Assembly (NCBI RefSeq): GCF_000009045.1
Contig: NC_000964.3
Location: forward strand, 2,340,001-2,372,000
DNA length: 32,000 nt
Reading direction: 5' to 3'
Source: Bacillus subtilis subsp. subtilis str. 168
Lineage (GTDB): Bacteria; Bacillota; Bacilli; Bacillales; Bacillaceae
The notes under the pieces were generated by a model. It did not search any database and had not been told where the DNA came from. It saw nothing but the letters and a program-made list of their open reading frames with translations. The stretch's first letter is position 1; every line of letters begins with the position of its first letter. Both the position numbers and the translations under genes were made by a program. Shown piece after piece: positions 9,672 through 20,154 of this stretch.

Positions 9672-12466
9672 TATTCTTTTTCCCCTGCAACATAAGCTTC
9701 AAGCTCGCTGTCAGTCATTTCGGATACTGAGGTTGTCGGCAAGGCATCAAGAAACAGCCGGCCGTAACCAGCGGTTTTAATCCGTCTGTCCAATATAATA
9801 ATCGTTCCCTTGTCTCCCGCAGAACGCAGCAAGCGTCCGATTCCTTGCCTGAAGGTCAGCACAGCTTCCGGTAATGACACTGTTTGAAACGGATTCTTTC
9901 CTTTTTTGCGGGCAAGCTCACATTTTGCAGCATGAAGCGGGTGATCAGGGGACCGGAATGGGAGCCTCACGATCATTACTGTCGTCAGCTCATCACCAGG
10001 GAAATCAACGCCTTCCCAAAAATGATTTGTTCCGAGCAGGATCGCCTGATTGGATGTTTTAAAAGTCTTCATCAGTTTGCCGGGACTTCCGCCTGTAATC
10101 CCTTGTGCCAAGAGCTGAATGCCGGAAGCACTCATGTTATGCTTAAGCTCCTGGTGAACCTTTTTCAGCATATCATGGGATGTAAACAGCACAAGGATTT
10201 TAGGCTGTTTTTCCTTTGCCATCAGTTCGATATAACGGGCTGTATCCTGTATAAATTCAGGTTGCCCTGTATCCTGAATTGATTTCATTTCTTTTGGAAT
10301 CATCACCTGCATACGCTCATCGTAAGAAAAGGGTGACTCAATTCTCATTGTCCGCGGGAAAAAGTCACTCAGTCCCAGTCGTTCAATCATAAATTGAAAA
10401 GAACCTTCGACTGTAAGAGTTGCAGATGTCAGCACCACACTATTTTTGCGCGCGAAAAACTGATCAGCCAGAAGTTCACCAGGTTCAAGAGGCTGTGCGT
10501 AAATGGCCACTGCATTTTTCGCACCCTTTGCATCTATTTCAATCCAAACCGCTTCATCGTCATCAGAGCCAAAGAAGAGCTTCTGCAACGTCTGACAGTA
10601 ATGCTGCAAGCCTTTCATGCTTCTTTGGTATTCATCGGCTAAAAAGACGGTTTTGCTCTTCATGCCCTTCAAATGTTTTTCCATAAGGGATGACTGCGCC
10701 TCAAAAAGCTGCTGCAAATGTGTCAGCATGGAACAAAGCCTCTCCGCACCATCTGTTAAGATCGACCAGCTTTTATCCTGGCTTTCTTTGTTCACCTTAA
10801 ACACTAGACGGTTTAAGTCTTCTTTAGGTTTTCTTCGTTTGACAAAAGAATGTACAGAGCTAAAGAAAGCATCACTTTCTGCTTGAACGTGCTGAAGCCA
10901 CTCTTCCAATTCGAAAAATGAATCAACCGGCAGGCTGTTTCGCTGGAATAGCTGTCTCATCTTTTTTAGAAGTCCCTGCTCCTTCAGAGTGCCGATTCTG
11001 CTCAATTTCGTATGCAATTCTATGTACGTGGCTCTTTTCCCTAAATGTTCGCTTGCCGCACGTTCAAAATGGTGTGCTTCATCAATAATAAATGTGCCGC
11101 TTTCGGGAAGCCTTTTTTTATGGCTGCCTTCATCGGTCAGCAAAAGAGAATGATTGGTGATCACCAAATCGGAACGCATAGCAATCTGTTTGGCCCGCTC
11201 GTAAAAACCGATCACATGCTCACTGCGACTTCTTTTATAGGAGTCATCGTCATAAGCCAATCTGTCCCACAGCAATTTTCCGCCTGAAGGCAAATTCAGT
11301 TCCGCTACATCTCCTGTATTTGTCTCTGTCAGCCAAACAAGAAGCTGTGCCTTTGTCAGTACGGCATCATAATTATCATCTTCTTCATGAAGCACCTGCT
11401 CAAATTTATACAGGCATAAATAATGCGATTGCCCTTTTAAAATCGCCGCTGTTACCGGAAATGGAAACAGATCTTGGACAATCGGCAAATCCTTTGTGAG
11501 AATCTGCTGCTGTAAAAGCGTCGAATACGTGCTGATTATGACCGGCTTTTTTGATTTCTTGGCAAAAAGCGCAGCCGGAATAAGATAGCCAATCGTTTTT
11601 CCGATGCCTGGAGGAGCTTCAATCAGCGCATGCTCACGATTGGCAAACGCATCAGCCACCTCTCTCATCATCATCATTTGGCCGTCTCTTTTTTCATACC
11701 CAGGCATTAACTCTGACAGCGCTTTTTCATTTCCCGCTTCCCAGCTTTCGATCTCAAATGAGAAGTTCTCGTCCTCATTTATACGAACATCGATAGCTTC
11801 AGGTTCTCTGACAGAAAACGAAGAAAAGCGCGTATAGCCCGGTATCTCGGTATGTCTGTTTTCATTAATGAACATATCCAACAAATGCGTCAGATCACTG
11901 ATGAAATGCTGCGAAAGCCTTCTTAACTGCTTTAATGTCGGATAAGGAAGCTGCCGCAGCTTTTCAAGGATTTCCAAAAAAATAAGCCCTGTCACTTCAG
12001 CATCGCTGTCAGCCCGGTGCGGCTGATCATGCCGCAGCTGAAGCTCCTCGCTTAATTCCGTCAGCTTATACCCTTCAAATCCCGGAAAAACAATGCGTGA
12101 GAGCTCGACAGTATCAAGCACTTCACAATCTGGGAGCTGAAAGCCCGCCTTATGTAGCTCATACTTGACAAATCCAAGGTCAAAATGGATATTGTGGGCG
12201 ACAAAATAAGCGCCGTCAAGCAATTGGAATACTTCTTCAGCAACTGCTTCAAATGGCTGTTCATTCTCGACCATTTGATTAGAGATTCCAGTAAGCTGCT
12301 CAATAAAAGCAGGGATTGATTTATTTGGATTAATGTATTTTGAAAACCGCTCAGTAATTTGTCCATTTTCGATTACAACCGCTGCGATTTGTATGATTTT
12401 ATCGCCTTTCTTCGGCGAATTCCCTGTTGTCTCTACATCTATAACAACGAACCGTTGCTTATTCAT
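9671..12466 (-). CDS. dinG: DinG-family ATP-dependent helicase-like protein fused to an N-terminal DnaQ-like 3'-5' exonuclease domain
   Basis: 931 aa from MNKQRFVVIDVETTGNSPKKGDKIIQ; ExoI VIDVETTG, ExoII HNIHFDLGFV, ExoIII HRADSDA; Walker A EAPPGIGKT; DEAH box. Confidence 0.95.
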   Translation of the reverse strand: MNKQRFVVIDVETTGNSPKKGDKIIQIAAVVIENGQITERFSKYINPNKSIPAFIEQLTGISNQMVENEQPFEAVAEEVFQLLDGAYFVAHNIHFDLGFVKYELHKAGFQLPDCEVLDTVELSRIVFPGFEGYKLTELSEELQLRHDQPHRADSDAEVTGLIFLEILEKLRQLPYPTLKQLRRLSQHFISDLTHLLDMFINENRHTEIPGYTRFSSFSVREPEAIDVRINEDENFSFEIESWEAGNEKALSELMPGYEKRDGQMMMMREVADAFANREHALIEAPPGIGKTIGYLIPAALFAKKSKKPVIISTYSTLLQQQILTKDLPIVQDLFPFPVTAAILKGQSHYLCLYKFEQVLHEEDDNYDAVLTKAQLLVWLTETNTGDVAELNLPSGGKLLWDRLAYDDDSYKRSRSEHVIGFYERAKQIAMRSDLVITNHSLLLTDEGSHKKRLPESGTFIIDEAHHFERAASEHLGKRATYIELHTKLSRIGTLKEQGLLKKMRQLFQRNSLPVDSFFELEEWLQHVQAESDAFFSSVHSFVKRRKPKEDLNRLVFKVNKESQDKSWSILTDGAERLCSMLTHLQQLFEAQSSLMEKHLKGMKSKTVFLADEYQRSMKGLQHYCQTLQKLFFGSDDDEAVWIEIDAKGAKNAVAIYAQPLEPGELLADQFFARKNSVVLTSATLTVEGSFQFMIERLGLSDFFPRTMRIESPFSYDERMQVMIPKEMKSIQDTGQPEFIQDTARYIELMAKEKQPKILVLFTSHDMLKKVHQELKHNMSASGIQLLAQGITGGSPGKLMKTFKTSNQAILLGTNHFWEGVDFPGDELTTVMIVRLPFRSPDHPLHAAKCELARKKGKNPFQTVSLPEAVLTFRQGIGRLLRSAGDKGTIIILDRRIKTAGYGRLFLDALPTTSVSEMTDSELEAYVAGEKE

Positions 12467-12560
12467 TAAAATGGACACCTCAATTCTTGCATACGACAAA
12501 AGTGTAACACGTTTTGTACGGAAATGGAGCGGCAAAACCGTTTTACTCTCAAAATCTTAA

Positions 12561-12584
12561 AAGAAAACCCCCGATAAAGGGGGC
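12561..12584 (-). terminator. Intrinsic terminator downstream of panD
   Basis: Minus strand CCCCC-TTTATC-GGGGG-TTTTCTT. Confidence 0.8.
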
Positions 12585-12591
12585 TTTTCTT

Positions 12592-12975
12592 CTACAAAAT
12601 TGTACGGGCTGGTTCGTTCCCCAGCATTTGTTCAATTTTGTTTTGATCATTCAGAACAGCCACTTTCGGCTCATGGCTTGCCGCTTCTTGATCAGACATC
12701 ATTTTGTAGGAAATAATAATGACCTTATCTCCTTCCTGCACAAGGCGTGCGGCTGCACCGTTTAAGCATATGACGCCGCTTCCCCGTTTACCAGGAATAA
12801 TATACGTTTCAAGACGTGCTCCATTATTATTATTCACAATTTGTACTTTTTCATTAGGAAGCATTCCCACAGCATCAATGAGATCTTCATCAATTGTAAT
12901 GCTTCCCACATAGTTCAGGTTTGCTTCCGTAACAGTTGCCCTGTGAAGTTTGCCGCTCATCATTGTTCGATACAT
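12592..12975 (-). CDS. panD: Aspartate 1-decarboxylase
   Basis: 127 aa [34 protein letters not shown], including the self-cleavage motif Y-V-G-S. Confidence 0.97.
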   Translation of the reverse strand: MYRTMMSGKLHRATVTEANLNYVGSITIDEDLIDAVGMLPNEKVQIVNNNNGARLETYIIPGKRGSGVICLNGAAARLVQEGDKVIIISYKMMSDQEAASHEPKVAVLNDQNKIEQMLGNEPARTIL

Positions 12976-12976
12976 A

Positions 12977-13837
12977 TTATATTCTCTCCATTTCTCGAAT
13001 ATCAATAATGATATTATCTATTAAACGCGCTTTTGAAAAAGCAACTGCAACAGCGAGAATCATCTTTCCAGCAATTTCATTCACAGGCTCGAGTTCCGGA
13101 TAGGAATAAAGCTCTACATAGTCTATGGTTCCGCTAGTCGTTTCAATGATATCTTTTGCAGCTTTTATCACCGCTTCAGGATCTCTTTCACCGGCTTGGA
13201 CAAGTTCCGCACTTGTTTGAAGGGCCCGATACAGCTTAGGCGCTTCTTTTCTTTCCTCAGCTGTTAAGTATACATTGCGAGAGCTTTTGGCTAAGCCGTC
13301 TTCCTCTCTGACCGTATCGACAGGAACCAATTCAATATCCATGAAGAAGTCGCTGATTAACCCATCAACAACAGCTACCTGCTGCGCATCTTTTAAACCG
13401 AAATAGGCACGAGTCGGCTTGACTAGATTGAAAAGCTTCGTCAGTACGATCGCGACCCCGTCAAAATGTCCTTCTCTTGAGCGCCCGCATAACACGTCTG
13501 TGCGTCTTTCTACATGAATCGTGACATTCTTTTCACCGGGATACATATCATGAGCATCTGGCGTAAAAAGAATATCGACTCCGGCGTTTTCTGCAAGAGC
13601 TGCATCCCGCTCAATATCGCGCGGATATGCTTCAAAATCTTCATTAGGGCCGAATTGTGCAGGATTCACAAAAATACTCATAATAACGGCGTCGTTTTCT
13701 TGTCTTGCTTTGTCTGCTAAGGTTAAATGCCCCTCATGCAGAAACCCCATCGTCGGAACAAATCCGATTGACTTGCCCTCTGAATGGTATTGTTTTATGG
13801 CTTCTTTCAGCTGTGAAATATCAGTAATCTGTCTCAT
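12977..13837 (-). CDS. panC: Pantoate--beta-alanine ligase
   Basis: 286 aa from [15 protein letters not shown]; [36 protein letters not shown]-like motif SSRNVYL. Confidence 0.97.
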   Translation of the reverse strand: MRQITDISQLKEAIKQYHSEGKSIGFVPTMGFLHEGHLTLADKARQENDAVIMSIFVNPAQFGPNEDFEAYPRDIERDAALAENAGVDILFTPDAHDMYPGEKNVTIHVERRTDVLCGRSREGHFDGVAIVLTKLFNLVKPTRAYFGLKDAQQVAVVDGLISDFFMDIELVPVDTVREEDGLAKSSRNVYLTAEERKEAPKLYRALQTSAELVQAGERDPEAVIKAAKDIIETTSGTIDYVELYSYPELEPVNEIAGKMILAVAVAFSKARLIDNIIIDIREMERI

Positions 13838-13838
13838 C

Positions 13839-14672
13839 TTATTTTCCCCCGTACAAGCCGTCAAGCACTGTCTGGTTCATTTGAAAGGAATGCTTTTGTT
13901 CAGGGAAAGCACGATGTCTTACATCCTGAACATATCCGCTGATTGCTGTTTCGATGGTTTCATCAATGCGCGTATATTGCTTTACAAATTTAGGTGTTCT
14001 CTCAACACCGTGGCCGATAATATCATGATAAACGAGAACTTGTCCGTCCGCTTTCACACCAGCCCCGATTCCAATGACCGGTATGCTTAGCGTCTCGGCA
14101 ATTTTGGCTGTGAGTTCTGCCGGCACACATTCCAGCACAAGCATCATAGCTCCTGCTTCTTCGCATTTTATACTGTCTTCTATTAATTTTTTGGCGCTTT
14201 GTTCGTCTTTGCCCTGTACTTTATAGCCGCCCAGTACGCCGACTGACTGCGGTGTCAAACCTAAGTGACTGACTACTGGAATGCCTCCAAGCGTCAATGC
14301 GCGAATGGATTCAAACACGCCTTCTCCGCCCTCAAGCTTCAGTGCGTCAGCTCCGCTTTCCTGAACGATAGCCGCTGCATTTTTCAGCGTATCTTCCTTA
14401 GACAGGTGATAAGACATAAACGGCATATCTGTCACAATAAAGGTATTCGGCGCACCCCTTTTAACGGCTTTTGTATGATGGATCATGTCCGCAACTGTCA
14501 CACCGACAGTTGAATCAAGGCCGAGGACGACCATTCCAAGTGAATCACCGACTAAAATCATGTCAACTCCCGCTTGTTCAGCAAGTTTAGCTGCCGGATA
14601 ATCATAAGCGGTCAGCATGACAATCGGTTCTTCAGACTCCTTCATTTTTAGAAAATCCAGTTTTGTTTTCAT
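13839..14672 (-). CDS. panB: 3-methyl-2-oxobutanoate hydroxymethyltransferase
   Basis: 277 aa; [33 protein letters not shown]; SD GAGGAGGAG before ATG. Confidence 0.97.
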   Translation of the reverse strand: MKTKLDFLKMKESEEPIVMLTAYDYPAAKLAEQAGVDMILVGDSLGMVVLGLDSTVGVTVADMIHHTKAVKRGAPNTFIVTDMPFMSYHLSKEDTLKNAAAIVQESGADALKLEGGEGVFESIRALTLGGIPVVSHLGLTPQSVGVLGGYKVQGKDEQSAKKLIEDSIKCEEAGAMMLVLECVPAELTAKIAETLSIPVIGIGAGVKADGQVLVYHDIIGHGVERTPKFVKQYTRIDETIETAISGYVQDVRHRAFPEQKHSFQMNQTVLDGLYGGK

Positions 14673-14877
14673 GTTTTCTCCTCCTCATGTTTAGAGGAGA
14701 TGATCTGCCGTTTTCTTCTGCAAGCCAAAAAACCTTCCGTTACAACGAGAAGGATTCTTCACTTTCTAAAGTTCGGCGAGTTTCATCCCTCTGTCCCAGT
14801 CCTTTTTTGGATCAAGGCAGACTGCTGCAATGTCTATCTATTTTAATAATAGGTGCAGTTCGCAGGCGATACTGCCC
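14673..14877 (-). ncRNA. panBCD 5' leader RNA, consistent with the known 'pan' RNA motif found upstream of panB operons
   Basis: Promoter predicts transcription start near 14877. First hairpin (14855-14875) is GCAGU-A-UCG-CCUG-CGA-ACUGC with a single bulged A; terminator at 14733-14753. Motif identity rests on genomic context, the bulged-A hairpin and recalled literature, not a covariance search. Confidence 0.7.
14727..14753 (-). terminator. Intrinsic terminator inside the panB leader (possible attenuator)
   Basis: Minus strand CCTTC-T-CGT-TGTA-ACG-GAAGG-TTTTTT, ending about 54 nt before the panB start. Confidence 0.8.
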
Positions 14878-14883
14878 AATGGA

Positions 14884-14913
14884 AGTATACCAAAATCAAC
14901 GGGCTTGTACCAA
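14884..14913 (-). promoter_or_regulatory. Sigma-A promoter for the panBCD leader, with extended -10
   Basis: Minus strand TTGGTA-18 nt-TATACT with TGG immediately before the -10; in the birA-panB intergenic region. Confidence 0.75.
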
Positions 14914-14917
14914 CACA

Positions 14918-15895
14918 TTAGCCCAATTCGATATCGGCAGAATAGATTTTTTTAATGCCTTCGTTCGTTTCTAAAAGCAGAACGCCTTCATCATCTATAC
15001 CTAACGCCTTACCGTAAAAGGTTCCGTTTAACGTTCTGGCTCTCATATTAGTGCCAATACCGAGCGCATAGCTTTCCCATAAAAGCTTAATCGGCGTAAA
15101 TCCGTGCGTCATATAATCCCGGTACCGTTTCTCAAAGCATAGTAAAATATGCTGGATGACGCCGGCCCGATCAATTTTTTCCCCAGCAGCTTGGCTGAGG
15201 CTTGTCGCGATGTCCTTCAATTCATCTGGAAAATCATTAGGCTGCTGGTTAACGTTAATGCCGATCCCAATGATCACTGAACGTACGCGGTCTTCTTCAG
15301 CCTGCATTTCCGTTAGGATACCGACTGTTTTTTTTCCGTTAATCAAAATATCATTTGGCCATTTAATATCCGTTTGGATGCCTGCTGCCTCTTCTATTCC
15401 CTGCACAACAGCTACTGCAGCAAGCAGAGTCAGCTGCGGTGTTTTTTGGAGCGGAATGTCAGGCCGCAAAATCAGGCTCATCCAAACACCGTTTCCTTCT
15501 TGAGAATGCCATACCCTAGACATTCGGCCCCTTCCGGCTGTTTGTTTGTCAGCCACCACAAGGGTGCCTTCCGGTGCGTTATTATTCGCGAGCTCATGAG
15601 CCGTTTTTTGCGTGCTTGAAAGAACGTCATGGTAAATAAGATGCTGGCCCATCACTTCCGTTTTTAATCCAAAACGAATTTCGCTTTCACTGAGTTTTCC
15701 GGGTTTTTTGATGAGCCGATATCCTTTTCTTCTAACGGCTTCTACTTCATAACCCTCTTTCCGAAGCTCTTCAATATGCTTCCACACAGCAGTTCTTGAA
15801 CAGCCGAGAGCATCACTGATTTTTTGGCCGGAAATAAATTCATTGCCGGCCTGAGAAAATAATTCAATAAGGTCTTTTCTTAATGTTGACCGCAT
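14918..15895 (-). CDS. birA: Bifunctional biotin--[acetyl-CoA-carboxylase] ligase / biotin operon repressor
   Basis: 325 aa; N-terminal HTH ISGQKISDALGCSRTAVWKHIEELRKEGYEVEAV; catalytic ADKQTAGRGRMSRVWHS; KWPNDILINGKK. Confidence 0.96.
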   Translation of the reverse strand: MRSTLRKDLIELFSQAGNEFISGQKISDALGCSRTAVWKHIEELRKEGYEVEAVRRKGYRLIKKPGKLSESEIRFGLKTEVMGQHLIYHDVLSSTQKTAHELANNNAPEGTLVVADKQTAGRGRMSRVWHSQEGNGVWMSLILRPDIPLQKTPQLTLLAAVAVVQGIEEAAGIQTDIKWPNDILINGKKTVGILTEMQAEEDRVRSVIIGIGINVNQQPNDFPDELKDIATSLSQAAGEKIDRAGVIQHILLCFEKRYRDYMTHGFTPIKLLWESYALGIGTNMRARTLNGTFYGKALGIDDEGVLLLETNEGIKKIYSADIELG

Positions 15896-17073
15896 GTCTT
15901 CAGCCACTCCTCTATGTGTTTCTTTTGATTGGAGAGCTTCCCTGTCACAACAGCCTGCTCGATCCACTGTAATTCTTCTGACACCCATTTTCCGGCCGGC
16001 CGGTTTCGAAGCGCAAGCAAGTCCTTACCCGTGATATCAAGATCCTTAAGGCTTTTGATCGGCAGGTTTTGATAAGCGTACTGAATGTCCTTCAGTTTCT
16101 TTTCATCCAGTTTTTCGTTTTGCCGAAGCTGCGATATTTTGGCCGCTGAGAGCAGTGCTTTTTTCCCAGCTCTGTACATTGTCATTGCGTCAAGGCTCTG
16201 GCCAAACGTATCGGCAATGTGAATGGCTTCCTTGATCACTTTTCCCGGGAGCTTCCAGGCTTTCAGGAAAAGGGGCGCGTCTTTCAAAACTATGCCAAGG
16301 TTAATTAAAAGAGCAGCCCAAAGCTCCTCACGGGATGTTAAAGAGAAGAATGGAAACTCACTCGTTGAAATCAGGTTTTCTCGTTTATGATAAAAACCAG
16401 GAAGCTCTTCATACAATCTCGTTTGAATGAGTGTTTGAAGCGCCTGGCGAGAAGCTCTTCCCTGCAGCAATTTCTCAAACTCTATAGTTTTTCGTTCGAC
16501 TGAAACATGGGAGAGGAGTGATTTTTCTTTCGCAATGGCTTCTTCTGTTTCCGGTGAAAGCGTAAAGCCAAGCTGGCTCATAAAGCGTACGGCTCTCAGC
16601 ATACGAAGCGCATCCTCTTGAAATCTATCCTCAGGCTTTCCAACGGTTCGAATCACTTTCTGATCAATATCTTTCTTGCCGCCAAAATAATCAAGCACCT
16701 TCCCGTCCGCTGTCATGGCCATCGCATTGATCGTTAAATCTCTGCGTTTTAGATCCTCTTCTAATGATGAGATAAATTGCACTTCTGACGGTCTTCTGAA
16801 ATCAACATAATCAGATTCAGTCCGGAATGTCGTGACTTCATAGGTTTCATCCTCCCAGAGCACAATAATGGTCCCGTGCTCTTTGCCTACATCAACAGTC
16901 CGCTGAAACAGCCGTTCTACTTGATCAGGTGCCGCATCTGTCGCGATATCGACATCTCCGATCGTTCGTTTCATATAGCTGTCACGAACTGCGCCCCCGA
17001 CAAAATAAGCCTGATGGCCCGCTTCGATTAAGATGCGGAGCACGGGAAGTGCTTTGATAAAAACTTTTTCCAT
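15880..17073 (-). CDS. cca: CCA tRNA nucleotidyltransferase
   Basis: 397 aa; AYFVGGAVRDSYMKRTIGDVDIATDA; RRDLTINAMAM; 3' end overlaps birA by 16 nt. Confidence 0.96.
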   Translation of the reverse strand: MEKVFIKALPVLRILIEAGHQAYFVGGAVRDSYMKRTIGDVDIATDAAPDQVERLFQRTVDVGKEHGTIIVLWEDETYEVTTFRTESDYVDFRRPSEVQFISSLEEDLKRRDLTINAMAMTADGKVLDYFGGKKDIDQKVIRTVGKPEDRFQEDALRMLRAVRFMSQLGFTLSPETEEAIAKEKSLLSHVSVERKTIEFEKLLQGRASRQALQTLIQTRLYEELPGFYHKRENLISTSEFPFFSLTSREELWAALLINLGIVLKDAPLFLKAWKLPGKVIKEAIHIADTFGQSLDAMTMYRAGKKALLSAAKISQLRQNEKLDEKKLKDIQYAYQNLPIKSLKDLDITGKDLLALRNRPAGKWVSEELQWIEQAVVTGKLSNQKKHIEEWLKTCGQH

Positions 17074-17077
17074 GTGA

Positions 17078-18211
17078 TCACTCCGGTTCTGCTAAATCGG
17101 CATAAATCTGTTCATACTGGCTGACAATTTTTTTAGAAGAAAATTCATTTTCAAGCATCTCTATTGCCGCCTTTGTAAAACGATTGCTTAGCTGTTCATC
17201 TTCTAAAATGCTCATCGCGCGGGCTGTTGCGGCCGTAACATCACCGACATCCACCAAAAATCCGCTCACATTGTTTTTTATAACCTCAGGGATACCGCCA
17301 ATGTTTGTTCCAATACAAGGCACTCCGCAAGCCATCGCTTCAAGCAGGACAAGGCCAAAGCTTTCTTTTTCAGATAGCAGCAGCTTCAAATCGCTAATAG
17401 AATAAAGATCTTCAACACGGTCTTGATTTCCAAGCATTAAGACTTGGTCTTCCAAGCCATATTTTCTGATAAGCTCGCAGGCTGTCGATTTCTCCGGACC
17501 GTCTCCGACTAAAAGCAGCTTCGCTTTCGTTTTGCCAGCGATATTGCGGAACACACGGATGACATCCTGCACGCGTTTAACTTTTCTGAAGTTGGACACA
17601 TGGATGACGACTTTTTCATCTGGTAAAATTCCATGTTTCTCTTTAATTGCCGCTGTGTTTTTCTTCAGATACACGCGCTCGTCTATAAAGTTATAAATCG
17701 TTTCAATTTTTTTCTCCGGTTTAATTAAATCGTATGTTTCAGCCGCAAGCGCTGAGGAGACGGCCGTCACCCTGTCTGATGACTCAATAGCAAAACGGAT
17801 CAGATCTTTTAGAGACGGATCATAACCTAACACCGTGATATCCGTGCCATGCAAAGTGGTAACAATGCCGATATTGCGTTTCAGCATTTGTTTTGCAAGA
17901 TAGGCGCAAACGGCATGCGGGAGAGCATAGTGAGCATGGATAATGTCTAAATTCTCCCGTTCCGCCACCTCAGCGATTTTGCTTGCCAATGTCAAATCAT
18001 ACGGAGGATACTTAAAAACAGCATATTGATTAACCTCAACTTCATGAAAATGAATATTGGGATGATATGTATTCAGTCTAAACGGAATGCTTGATGTGAT
18101 GAAATGGATTTCATGTCCCTTTTCAGCAAGCTGCTTCCCCAGTTCTGTCGCAATGATACCTGAGCCTCCAACGCTCGGATAGCATGTGATTCCTATTTTT
18201 AGTTTTCTCAT
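17078..18211 (-). CDS. bshA: N-acetyl-alpha-D-glucosaminyl L-malate synthase (bacillithiol biosynthesis glycosyltransferase)
   Basis: 377 aa; GT4 glycosyltransferase [39 protein letters not shown]; [28 protein letters not shown]. Confidence 0.95.
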
Positions 18212-18918
18212 TGTTCGCCCCCAAGCACATCATGATCAAGCATCAGCATCCGTTTGGAAAAGAAACCTTCGGCATACTCCACGCCCGCTTCTTTACCGTA
18301 AAGCTTTTCTCTCGCTTCAACGATTTCAATATACCCATTCGTCAGAGGAGTAGAAACGGAATCCTTTGACGGGATAAACTGGCTTTTGTAGGCGTTGAGG
18401 CTTTGTTTCTTTGCCTCTATTGTATCCGAGATATCAATAACAAAATCCGGCTGATGAAAACCATTTATCATATAATAGTAAACCTTGCTGACTTTATGCG
18501 CCGGAAGGCTTTTTTCGTCTTTATATTTATGGATTCCGGCGGAAAAGATCGCTTCTTCCACCAGTGCAGCCGCATTGCCGTGATCCGGATGGCGATCCTT
18601 TTTATACGGCATAAAAACCGCTTTTGGCCGACAGATTCTGATGACAGTGACAATTGACCGAATTGCCTGATCACTCATTATTAGGCCGCGGTCTGGAAGC
18701 GTTAGCTGAATTCTTTTATCTGCGCCTAATATGCGGGCTGCTTCAGCTGCTTCTTCTTTACGCAAACTGACCGTACCGTTAGAAGAGAGTTCCGCTTCTG
18801 TCAAATCGCATATCATTACTTTTTTTTCCTGTTTGACAAACTTCGCTATTGTGCCGCCCATTCCGATCTCGACATCATCACTGTGGGCGCCAAAAGCAAG
18901 AACGTCAGCATTATACAT
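18208..18918 (-). CDS. bshB1: Bacillithiol biosynthesis N-acetylglucosaminyl-malate deacetylase BshB1
   Basis: 236 aa from [27 protein letters not shown] (AHxDD zinc motif); 4-nt overlap with bshA. Confidence 0.95.
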
Positions 18919-19324
18919 TCGGCTCTTCTCCCCGAAGAAGGTCACGGAATTCGAAAACACCTTCATCAAGTGTGCGCACAAGAATTTCCGCAGTACCCAT
19001 ATTTGTGGCGAGCGGAATGGAATACACATCACATAAACGGATTAATGCCGAGACATCCGGTTCATGCGGCTGCGCGGTCAGCGGGTCGCGCAAAAAAATG
19101 ACAAGATCGAGTGCATTGGCAGCGATCAGTGCACCGATTTGCTGGTCTCCCCCTAAAGGGCCGGATTGAAAACGTTCAATTTGAAGACCTGTCGCCTCAT
19201 GAATTTTCAACCCTGTGGTTCCGGTTGCGTATAGATCATGATTCTTTAAAATATCCCGATAGGCAGTCGTAAATTGAACCATATCCTGTTTTTTCTTGTC
19301 ATGCGCGATCAAAGCAATTTTCAT
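18911..19324 (-). CDS. mgsA: Methylglyoxal synthase
   Basis: 137 aa [26 protein letters not shown]; [15 protein letters not shown]; [14 protein letters not shown]. Confidence 0.97.
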   Translation of the reverse strand: MKIALIAHDKKKQDMVQFTTAYRDILKNHDLYATGTTGLKIHEATGLQIERFQSGPLGGDQQIGALIAANALDLVIFLRDPLTAQPHEPDVSALIRLCDVYSIPLATNMGTAEILVRTLDEGVFEFRDLLRGEEPNV

Positions 19325-19339
19325 TGTTTATCCCCCCGT

Positions 19340-20143
19340 CTAATCAATGATATTTTCTAAACCATACACAAGCTGATCAATCTTCATGACTTGTTCGACT
19401 GACAGTTTAACGCCTGACATGAAAGAAGCACGGTTATAAGAATCATGGCGTATCTGAAGCGTTTGGCCATCCATGCCGAACATGACCTCCTGATGCGCGA
19501 TCAGTCCCGGAAGACGGACGCTGTGCAAGCGAATACCGTTTTGCTCCGCTCCTCTTGCTCCTGGGAGAATTTCTTTTTCATCCGGATGTCCTTGCTGCTT
19601 TTCTTTACGGACTTCTGAAATCATTTCCGCTGTTTTAAGCGCAGTTCCGCTTGGTGCGTCAAGCTTCTGGTCATGATGAAGCTCAATAATCTCAACATCC
19701 TCAAAATAGTTGGCAGCCATTTTTGAAAATTTCATCATCAGTATCGCACCGAGCGCAAAATTTGGCGCGATGATGGCTCCGATCCCTTTTTCTTCTGTTA
19801 AAGATGTGAGCTCTTTTAAATCAGCTTCTGAGAAACCGGTTGTTCCGACAACTGGACGGACTCCGTGCTCTAATGCAATTTTTGTATGTACTTTTCCGAT
19901 TTCGGGCGTTGTTAAATCAATCAAGACATCCGGTTGTGTTTCTGTAAAACAGGCATGGATATCTGTGTAAATGAAAGCATCTGACTCAACAGGCATCACA
20001 TCAGATAATTTTTGCTGATCGTATGTATGGTCTATGGCCCCTACAAGGTCAAAATGTGGTGTTCGTTCTGCCAATTTAACAGCTTCCTGCCCCATTCTTC
20101 CACGCGGTCCCGCAATGACTAATTTAATTGTTTCGTTTGACAT
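19340..20143 (-). CDS. dapB: 4-hydroxy-tetrahydrodipicolinate reductase
   Basis: 267 aa; [15 protein letters not shown]; [16 protein letters not shown]. Confidence 0.97.
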   Translation of the reverse strand: MSNETIKLVIAGPRGRMGQEAVKLAERTPHFDLVGAIDHTYDQQKLSDVMPVESDAFIYTDIHACFTETQPDVLIDLTTPEIGKVHTKIALEHGVRPVVGTTGFSEADLKELTSLTEEKGIGAIIAPNFALGAILMMKFSKMAANYFEDVEIIELHHDQKLDAPSGTALKTAEMISEVRKEKQQGHPDEKEILPGARGAEQNGIRLHSVRLPGLIAHQEVMFGMDGQTLQIRHDSYNRASFMSGVKLSVEQVMKIDQLVYGLENIID

Positions 20144-20154
20144 CTTGATCTCCT

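Noticed and set aside
14663-14974. 103-aa plus-strand ORF over the birA-panB intergenic region
   Set aside because: No protein-like features; the region is better explained as panB leader RNA plus promoter on the minus strand.
18731-19169. Overlapping plus-strand ORFs (101, 106, 72 aa)
   Set aside because: Antisense to bshB1/mgsA; Arg/Ser/Pro-rich shadow frames.
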